Assembly (NCBI GenBank): GCA_007378955.1
Contig: VMGY01000001.1
Location: forward strand, 38,804-102,803
Length of the DNA stretch: 64,000 bases
Reading direction: 5' to 3'
From: Parcubacteria group bacterium Athens0714_12
GTDB lineage: Bacteria; Patescibacteriota; Patescibacteriia; UBA2591; VMGY01
In this document: in pieces, positions 57,229-64,000 of the stretch
Layout of the letters: the number at the start of each line of letters is the position of its first letter
Position numbering within the stretch: the first letter of the stretch is position 1
Notes under the pieces: generated by a model
Seen by the model: only the letters and a program-made list of their open reading frames with translations
The model's database searches: none
Told to the model about the DNA's origin: nothing
Translations under genes and position numbers: made by a program

Positions 57229-60200
57229 TTAAGGCGAACTTACGGAAATACTGCTAATTGTCGGAGAAACATCGTCGCTTTCCGAACTAAGAACTATTTC
57301 AATTTGCAGCCAACGATCTGTTTCGATGATAATATTTCTTTCTGTATAATAATCAGACCATTCTGCCGCCGCTAAACTATCTTCATTGACCGCGCTTTTA
57401 ATTCTGGTTCTGATATTGGTAAGAGGGGGTTCTTCTGTTTCCAAAACAATCTGACTTTGATGCATTCCTATTCTTTGGCTGTCAAAATTAGTCCGCCAAA
57501 TTCCCGCTCGCATTGTGATACTGCGCAAAGCATACCCAGTCATATCCGAGTATGTATAAGGATTATTACCTACTGGATATGTTCCTAAAACTACACCATC
57601 AAGTCCTCTTAATTTTGTCGCGTTCCCGCTGTTAAGATTAATCACCCAGATATTGCCGTCGCTGTCCGACGCCACGCCTATAGGATGTTCGCCTACCCCG
57701 TAACGCCCTAATAGACTTCCTTGATTATTAAGATTTACAACTGTGTTATCACCGGACATAGCCATCCAAATATTATTATTTTTATCTACTGCTATGCCTC
57801 GGCCATTTCCTTCAATACTAAAAAAAGTTCTCAAGCCAGTCACTGGATCCAATTTAGTCGCTCCAGATGGGTCATAATTAGCAATCCAAACATTATTATC
57901 CCTGTCTATCGCAATGCCATAAGGAGAAATAATATCCGTATAATTAGTTAATCTGCTGTTACTAATCTCAATTCTATCTATTTTATTAGCTCCTCTATTG
58001 GAAATCCATACATTGCCCAGGCCATCCACAACCGCGCCATAAGGCCCGCCGCCAACATTAATAGTTTCTAAAATCTGACAATTTGTATCATCGCCAGAAA
58101 GCTTCATAATTGTGCCGTTTATACCATCTTCATAATTCGCTATCCAAACATAACCCTGGTTATCAATCGCCGCGCCCTTTGGTCCATTGCCAACCGAACA
58201 AGTTTTTAATAAACCGCCGTCAGCGCCTCTTAATTTAGTTACATTGGCTGAATCGCGATTGGCAATCCAAACATCCCCGCTAATATCAACCGCGGTGCGC
58301 GAAGGATTAACGCCGACTAGATAAGCACCGACCAATGAACCGTCCTCTATATTTAATTTAACCACTCTATTATCAGAAGAATTGGCAAGCCAAATATATT
58401 CTGTTTCAATTTCCTGTAAATCCAATTGAATTTGATTGCCGTTTAAATTTACATTAACTTGTTCGCCTTCGCTAAATTCTAAAGATGAATCCCATGTCTT
58501 AGCTAAAATATCGCAATTAGCGCTGCAATATCCCGGTTGTCCATTTAAAAATCCATCGTCGCAAGTTTCATTTGGCTCTCTTATTCCATTGCCGCAAGAA
58601 CCCAAGGCCAAGCATTCCGTCCATTCGCCAAAAACGCAATTATTGCCGCAAATTCTTTTTCTTGCGCCCTGATAACCTCCTGGCGCAAGACAAGAAGCTG
58701 TTTCATCATTTCCATCGCATTCTTCTCCGCATTGGGTTACTTTATTGCCGCAAGAATTTTTCCATTCGCCCAAAACGCAATAATATCCGCTTCCATTTGG
58801 ATGGCAGGAAGAAAAAGAATAGCAATTATTTTCAAATTCACATTGGCTAAGCTCTTGGCAGGCATTGGTTGGGTATTCAGAAACATAATTCAAGGAATAA
58901 GTTTTTCCTTGATCAAAAGTAGTGTAAATATAAATATAACTCTCTTCTGGAAATTCTTCGGGCAAATTTCCATCAAACTCCTTTCTTTCCTCATTCCAGC
59001 AGGTTTTGGCATCATAGCCGGGACAAAGGCCAAATTCATTAACAGGGTCAATCGGCAAAACCGCTCCCAAATCTTTACCTAAAGTATCCTGCCAAGACTT
59101 CCAGGCAGAAACAGAAATTCCTTTAAGGTAACTGCCTGATTCTAATTTCGGGTAATAACCATAACTATTTTTATATTTTTCCAATAAATCGCTTATTTCG
59201 TTTATGTCGCCCCATCTTTTGACATTCCTTTGCAAGGCGATTTTTTCCTGTAAACTTTCTATGTTAGTGTTAAACCTTAAATTATTCAGCATTTGATTAA
59301 AAATATCTATCGTCTCTTTAGCGGCATCTTGGTTGTAAGAAATTAAATAAATATTAGTATAAGTTATTCCGCCTGCTGAGTTGGCCGCATTAACATAGAC
59401 CGTTCTTCCATCTTTCCATGCTTCATATCCATCAATAATCAAAGAAGCGGGATTTCCCGGATTTGGCGCGTTTTCTCGGTACCATGCCAAAGAATCTAAT
59501 TTTTTGGAGTTTTTCATTACTCTGATGCCAATCGCGTCTTTGCCGTTGTTTTCTTTAAATAAAAATTCTTTTACCACTTCGCCTCTGCCGAGAATAACCA
59601 CTTGGCTGTCAAAATTAGGCAGTAAGGTTTTTCCGTCTCGGCAATAAGTGGTGGAAAAATTCGTTTCATTGTCAATATAAGGAAATTCTATCAAAGAAGG
59701 CCATGGATTTTCACAAATAAACACGTCAATGCTTATTCCTCCCATACCCATACTTGATTCATTTTCAAAGCCTTGCGTTTCCGCTTGAACTTTTAAAAAA
59801 GCCCGGCCGTTTTTACTTTGCGCCGTAATAAATGGATTATTTATAGAATTAGAGGAAATATTTATTATTTCTTGAGGGTCTATTTCAGCCCAAATATAAG
59901 AAACGGAAAGTAAATTACCACTGCTGTCTAAAGCTTGAGCAATATAACGGTGCTGATTTCCAGGCATCGCGTTTTGGTCATTAGGGCAATCATTCCTACC
60001 CGCGCATTCAAATAAATCTTTTTCTTTTACTTCTCCCGGCGGTTCCACCATAATTTCCACTTTATCAATCTGGCAAATAGTGTTTCCCGTGGTAAAATTC
60101 CAATTATAGTCGCTGTTCATACTTATGCCTTGCCGGCTTTTCACCCCGTCTAATCCTCCTCTAATGGAAACCTGATGCGCGGAATTTTCCGCCAATAAAT

Positions 60201-61863
60201 TTTTTGGCGAAAAAGTCAAAATCGTCCGGTCAACTATCCTGTCATTATTAGAATCTATGCTATAACCGGAAACACCACCCTCAATTATTTGTTCGTTTGA
60301 AGTTAAAAAAACATTGTTTTTAAAACTCCCGACATCCATTAATTGGTCAAAGGAAGCTGAAATTAAAATATTGCGGCAAACATTGGAAGCATTGGCGGGC
60401 GGCGCGGTGCTACCAACAGAAGGGATAACCACAGAAGCGCATTGTTCCTGCCTGGCGCACCTGTCACTTCTACAGCAAGCGCTGGCGCATTCATTATTCC
60501 AAACACAAGCATCGCCTTCATCTCCGCCGTCAGAGCCGCACCGATTGGCCGAAGCGCACACATCATTACTGCAACAATTGGAAACGCAATCGCTATGGTA
60601 AACGCAATAACTTCCTATTTGGTCATTGGTTTTAAATTCCCAAATAAAAGAAGATGTTAAAGGATTATTGCAAAGGTCTGTTATATTATTCAAAGTGATT
60701 CTATACCAAGTCAAAGAATCAAAAAGGTAATTATTATTTAAAATCAAATAAAATCCTTTTTCTTTGATCTCAATTTCAAAATTGCTATTATTTAAAGTTT
60801 CCAATATCTGCCCTTCTTGAACGCTAATTCTCTGAATAATAATATTATTAGCTATTGGCATAAACGAATTTTCTTCAATCACTGTGCTGGCATCTATCGC
60901 TTCGGAAAAATTAACACTGATTATCGGGGAACGGAAAACATTTTCATCGGGATAATCTTCAGATGATCTGTTGGAAATCGGATAAGTGGAAGTAATCCTC
61001 GGGGATTCGGAATCACTCTCCTCGCCGCTGGTGAAATTCCAAATAAATGACGTTTCAGTCTCTTGGCAGCCGCCGCTTGCCACGCAGGCTCTTAAAAATT
61101 TTGGCGGATTTTGGGTATTGGAAATGGTTTTAGGAAAAATAGCTTGGTATTCCGCATTGCTTTCAAAAATTGACGGGTGTTTAAAAATAACCGTGTTGCC
61201 CGCAGTTTGCCAACTTCCTTCCAGATTGGAATTATTTAACCTTCTGATAATATTTAAGGTTCCCGAAGATTCAGCGCTTTCAACGCTTCCCCTCTCAACC
61301 CAATTATTAAATCTGGTTTGAATATTGCTGCATAAATAAACATTTTGGTGATAACCGCCCGGCTGGGCATAAGTTGTTTCTATTCCTCTTATTTGAAATC
61401 TGTCGCCGGGAAAAATATCGCCTCCTCCGCCTCCCCCGCCGCCTCCCCCGCCATTAACGGCAGATTCCAATTGCCCGATAACAAAACTGGCGATGGCGTA
61501 AGAAAGAAAAATAATAATCAAGCCGATTATCGCGTTGACGATAATCATTTTGGCCTTCTTTATGCTCTCCGCGCTTCCGCCAGCAGTCATCCAAATAAAG
61601 CCGCCATAAATTATAAATCCTACCGCGATTATTCCCAAAAATGATAAAAATATTCTAATGGCATTATTTACAATATCAATCAATTCAGCTTTTCCTAACC
61701 CCATATTAATATTCTCAAAACCATAGCTTCCTTGGGCAAAAACAGGTTCTATTTTCACTAAATTTGCGACAAATAAGAAAAAAATAAAAAAAGCTGCCAC
61801 GACTAAAATAGTCGGGCAGCTTAAAATAAAAATTTTATAAATTTTATTTCCTCCTGAAATCAT
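57229..61863 (-). CDS. Giant surface protein: VirB2/TrbC-like pilin, Ig-like and Cys-rich domains, beta-propeller
   Basis: IIYGGFIWMTAGG..KAKMIIVNAIIG pilin motif, G13 linker, Big_5-like segments, CGNG..ETCDDG, PxGxAxDxxGNVW repeats; ATG 61863 preferred, true start uncertain. Confidence 0.85.
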   Translation of the reverse strand: MISGGNKIYKIFILSCPTILVVAAFFIFFLFVANLVKIEPVFAQGSYGFENINMGLGKAELIDIVNNAIRIFLSFLGIIAVGFIIYGGFIWMTAGGSAESIKKAKMIIVNAIIGLIIIFLSYAIASFVIGQLESAVNGGGGGGGGGGGDIFPGDRFQIRGIETTYAQPGGYHQNVYLCSNIQTRFNNWVERGSVESAESSGTLNIIRRLNNSNLEGSWQTAGNTVIFKHPSIFESNAEYQAIFPKTISNTQNPPKFLRACVASGGCQETETSFIWNFTSGEESDSESPRITSTYPISNRSSEDYPDENVFRSPIISVNFSEAIDASTVIEENSFMPIANNIIIQRISVQEGQILETLNNSNFEIEIKEKGFYLILNNNYLFDSLTWYRITLNNITDLCNNPLTSSFIWEFKTNDQIGSYCVYHSDCVSNCCSNDVCASANRCGSDGGDEGDACVWNNECASACCRSDRCARQEQCASVVIPSVGSTAPPANASNVCRNILISASFDQLMDVGSFKNNVFLTSNEQIIEGGVSGYSIDSNNDRIVDRTILTFSPKNLLAENSAHQVSIRGGLDGVKSRQGISMNSDYNWNFTTGNTICQIDKVEIMVEPPGEVKEKDLFECAGRNDCPNDQNAMPGNQHRYIAQALDSSGNLLSVSYIWAEIDPQEIINISSNSINNPFITAQSKNGRAFLKVQAETQGFENESSMGMGGISIDVFICENPWPSLIEFPYIDNETNFSTTYCRDGKTLLPNFDSQVVILGRGEVVKEFLFKENNGKDAIGIRVMKNSKKLDSLAWYRENAPNPGNPASLIIDGYEAWKDGRTVYVNAANSAGGITYTNIYLISYNQDAAKETIDIFNQMLNNLRFNTNIESLQEKIALQRNVKRWGDINEISDLLEKYKNSYGYYPKLESGSYLKGISVSAWKSWQDTLGKDLGAVLPIDPVNEFGLCPGYDAKTCWNEERKEFDGNLPEEFPEESYIYIYTTFDQGKTYSLNYVSEYPTNACQELSQCEFENNCYSFSSCHPNGSGYYCVLGEWKNSCGNKVTQCGEECDGNDETASCLAPGGYQGARKRICGNNCVFGEWTECLALGSCGNGIREPNETCDDGFLNGQPGYCSANCDILAKTWDSSLEFSEGEQVNVNLNGNQIQLDLQEIETEYIWLANSSDNRVVKLNIEDGSLVGAYLVGVNPSRTAVDISGDVWIANRDSANVTKLRGADGGLLKTCSVGNGPKGAAIDNQGYVWIANYEDGINGTIMKLSGDDTNCQILETINVGGGPYGAVVDGLGNVWISNRGANKIDRIEISNSRLTNYTDIISPYGIAIDRDNNVWIANYDPSGATKLDPVTGLRTFFSIEGNGRGIAVDKNNNIWMAMSGDNTVVNLNNQGSLLGRYGVGEHPIGVASDSDGNIWVINLNSGNATKLRGLDGVVLGTYPVGNNPYTYSDMTGYALRSITMRAGIWRTNFDSQRIGMHQSQIVLETEEPPLTNIRTRIKSAVNEDSLAAAEWSDYYTERNIIIETDRWLQIEIVLSSESDDVSPTISSISVSSP

Positions 61864-61879
61864 AAAAAATGTAGAAATT

Positions 61880-61928
61880 CCCGTGCTAAATCGCGTAGCA
61901 CTCCTTGGGGAGTACCGCAACCTTGGCA
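61880..61928. repeat. GC-rich hairpin immediately upstream of the giant pilin gene
   Basis: Minus strand AGGTTGCG-GTACTCC-CCAA-GGAGTGC-TA-CGCGATTT. Confidence 0.55.
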
Positions 61929-61956
61929 AAATTATTATAAATATTTCACAAAAATT

Positions 61957-62211
61957 TTAGCGGATTATTTTTTTTCGCCCGTATTTTTCTTTGATGTCAG
62001 GCAATTTTCCAATTTTTCTCAAATATTCTCTTTTTTCTTGCACGCCCTTTTTTCTTAGGGCTTCTTCTCTTACTTCTCTTTTGCTTTTATCCTTTTGGCG
62101 AAATTGTCTTTCCTTTGCCCTAATTAAAATTCTGCCTCTTTGCAATCCTTGTTTAAATCGCCTTAATAAATTTTCACTTGATTCGTTTTGCCTTCTTTTG
62201 ACTTCAAACAC
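61957..62211 (-). CDS. rpsU: 30S ribosomal protein S21-like protein
   Basis: EVKRRQNESSENLLRRFK; basic; AGGAGGTG RBS before GTG 62211. Confidence 0.72.
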   Translation of the reverse strand: MFEVKRRQNESSENLLRRFKQGLQRGRILIRAKERQFRQKDKSKREVREEALRKKGVQEKREYLRKIGKLPDIKEKYGRKKIIR

Positions 62212-62472
62212 CTTCTCCACCTCCTTCTTTTGGCGCAAACCCCTCGCCGCAAAACCTTGCGCTTAAACACGGAAACAAACCGAAAAAAACCAGAAAAACA
62301 TAATCCAAAGCCACTGGTCTTGATCTATAGCGAGGCGTAAATAAATTATTATTAAATTTATAAAACATATATTTTTATAATAACAAAATTTTAAAAAAAT
62401 AACAAGCTGCGATTACGCGATTTAGAATTAGTAATATTATTTTTTTAAAAACTGGTTTGTAGGCGCGCGAAC

Positions 62473-63846
62473 TTATGCCGCGCCATTAGACATGCCCAAC
62501 CTTTTTTTTACTTCCTTGACAATTTTTTTTAAATCCACCACTTCCTGAACGCCGTTTTCCATATCCCTGATAATCACGGTTTCGTTCAATATTTCCTCCT
62601 GGCCCAAAATTAAAGTGAATTTAACTCCTAATTTATCAGCCATTTCCAATTGCCCCCTTAATCCTTCTTTAGATAAACTCTCGCTCATTAAAACCCCTTC
62701 TTTTCTTAAGTCTTCAAATATTTTTAGGCATTTTTTTCTTGCTTCTTCTCCTAATTGGGCAATAAAAATTTGCGGCTTAATCTCTTCAAAAACTATCTCT
62801 TTTTCTTTTAGCTTGGAAATAATTCTTTCTATGCCAAAAGCCACGCCGCTGGCAGCCGTTTCCCTTCCGCCCAACATTTTTACCAAATAATCATATCTGC
62901 CCCCGCCGCCTAAAGCTAATTGACCGCTACTCTCTTTTTCTTCCGCGGATTTTGGAAAAATTTCAAAAATAGTTCTACAATAATAATCTAATCCTCTTAC
63001 AAGTCTGGAATTTAAAACATAAGGAACTTCCACTTCATCTAAATATTCTAAAACTTTAATAAAATGATTTTTACAAGAATCGCATAAATAATCCACGATT
63101 TGCGGCACTTTAAAAGTGACTTCGTGGCATTTTTCTTCTTTGCAATCCAAAACCCGAAGAGGATTTTTTAAATATCTTGATTGGCAGCTGGAGCAAAGAA
63201 AATTCTTTTTCGGTTTTAAATAATTTAATAAAACTTTTTTATAGCGCTCGCGGCAAGTATTGCACCCCAAACTGTTAATATTAATTTCTGTTTCCAAGCC
63301 GATTTCTTTATAAAAAACATAAGAAAATAAAATAATTTGGGCGTCAATCACTGGCAGGGCGTTGCCTAAAACTTCCAGGCCAAACTGGTAAAATTGCCTC
63401 TGTCGGCCGGATTGGGGCCTATTATATCTAAAAAACGGGCCGTAATAATATAATTTTACGGGCTGGGGCAAATTAAACATTCCGTGCTCTATATAAGCTC
63501 GGGCAACGCTTGCTGTCGCTTCAGGCCTAAGAGAAACCTTTTCGCCGCCTTGGTCAATAAAAGAAAACATTTCTTTTTCCACGATGTCAGTTTCCATGCC
63601 CACGCCCCTTTTAAACAAAGAAGTCTCCTCGATGATCGGAGTTTCAATTTTCTTGAAGCCATTATCCTTAGCCAATTTTATAGCCTTATCTAAAATCAAG
63701 TCCCAATATTTCTGGTCTTCCGGCAAAATATCTTTCATTCCTCTTAATAATTGAGGAATTTTAAGAACTTCTCTTTTACTTTTTTTTGCTTTTTGGCGAA
63801 TTATTTTTTTGAGCTTTGATTTTTTATCTTTGGTTTTTTTGGGCAT
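62473..63846 (-). CDS. hisS: Histidine--tRNA ligase
   Basis: RGMKD, LRPEATA, GRQRQFYQ, LVRGLDYY, GGGRYD. Confidence 0.97.
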   Translation of the reverse strand: MPKKTKDKKSKLKKIIRQKAKKSKREVLKIPQLLRGMKDILPEDQKYWDLILDKAIKLAKDNGFKKIETPIIEETSLFKRGVGMETDIVEKEMFSFIDQGGEKVSLRPEATASVARAYIEHGMFNLPQPVKLYYYGPFFRYNRPQSGRQRQFYQFGLEVLGNALPVIDAQIILFSYVFYKEIGLETEININSLGCNTCRERYKKVLLNYLKPKKNFLCSSCQSRYLKNPLRVLDCKEEKCHEVTFKVPQIVDYLCDSCKNHFIKVLEYLDEVEVPYVLNSRLVRGLDYYCRTIFEIFPKSAEEKESSGQLALGGGGRYDYLVKMLGGRETAASGVAFGIERIISKLKEKEIVFEEIKPQIFIAQLGEEARKKCLKIFEDLRKEGVLMSESLSKEGLRGQLEMADKLGVKFTLILGQEEILNETVIIRDMENGVQEVVDLKKIVKEVKKRLGMSNGAA

Positions 63847-63899
63847 ATAAAATAAATTGTTTTTATTATTATGACTATTGCTAAAATTAATATAATAAT

Positions 63900-64000
63900 T
63901 TAAAAATCATAGTTTGGCGCGCCAAAATAAGTCGCTCTATTAATCGGCCAGCCGCGCACCAAAGCCTTGCCGATAATAAATTCTTTCTTGACCGGCCCGA
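63900..64000 (-). CDS. lepB: Signal peptidase I, C-terminal fragment (runs off the window)
   Basis: Translates GPVKKEFIIGKALVRGWPINRATYFGAPNYDF*, matching the LepB C-terminal box. Confidence 0.75.
   Translation of the reverse strand, partial: GPVKKEFIIGKALVRGWPINRATYFGAPNYDF

Noticed and set aside
62204-62368. 54-aa ORF upstream of the S21-like gene
   Set aside because: No RBS or recognisable motif; it overlaps the structured leader and the RBS of the next gene
129-63693. Many short antisense or nested ORFs in the track (e.g. 47368-47997, 51888-52673, 38336-39067)
   Set aside because: Shadows of well-supported genes on the other strand or frame, with no independent motifs
1-64000. Genome-wide TGA recoding
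   Set aside because: Long genes are intact in code 11, several end in TGA, and RF2 with its TGA frameshift is present

Overview
AT-rich bacterial chromosome segment whose gene set and style (type IV pilus cluster, VirB2-like giant pilin, stand-alone VirB4/TraD-like ATPase, DUF3048/DUF5667-type proteins, short RF1 and DnaX, class III RNR, few Shine-Dalgarno sites) point to a CPR/Patescibacteria (Parcubacteria-like) genome; this taxonomy is an inference. Housekeeping genes dominate: gap, tsf, rpsB, rpmE, prfA, rplY, rodA, dnaE, thrS, dnaX, miaB, miaA, gatB, prfB (+1 frameshift), htrA, nrdDG, ftsZA, ybeY, hisS, lepB and one tRNA-Gln. The most notable locus is a DNA-metabolism island (25.2-30.4 kb) beside the tRNA. 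It encodes an intact LexA repressor fused in frame to a DpnA-like beta-class adenine methyltransferase, followed by a MutH/Sau3AI-type nuclease, with a candidate direct-repeat operator in the promoter and a divergent PIF1 helicase plus Cas4-like nuclease; this is a candidate SOS-gated restriction-modification system. The window also carries several families of small palindromic/MITE-like elements. Three are flanked by short direct repeats (candidate target-site duplications), and others sit in frame within miaA and nrdG or supply gene stop codons. Two giant Cys-rich surface proteins are present. All product calls come from motif recognition by eye; no database searches were run.
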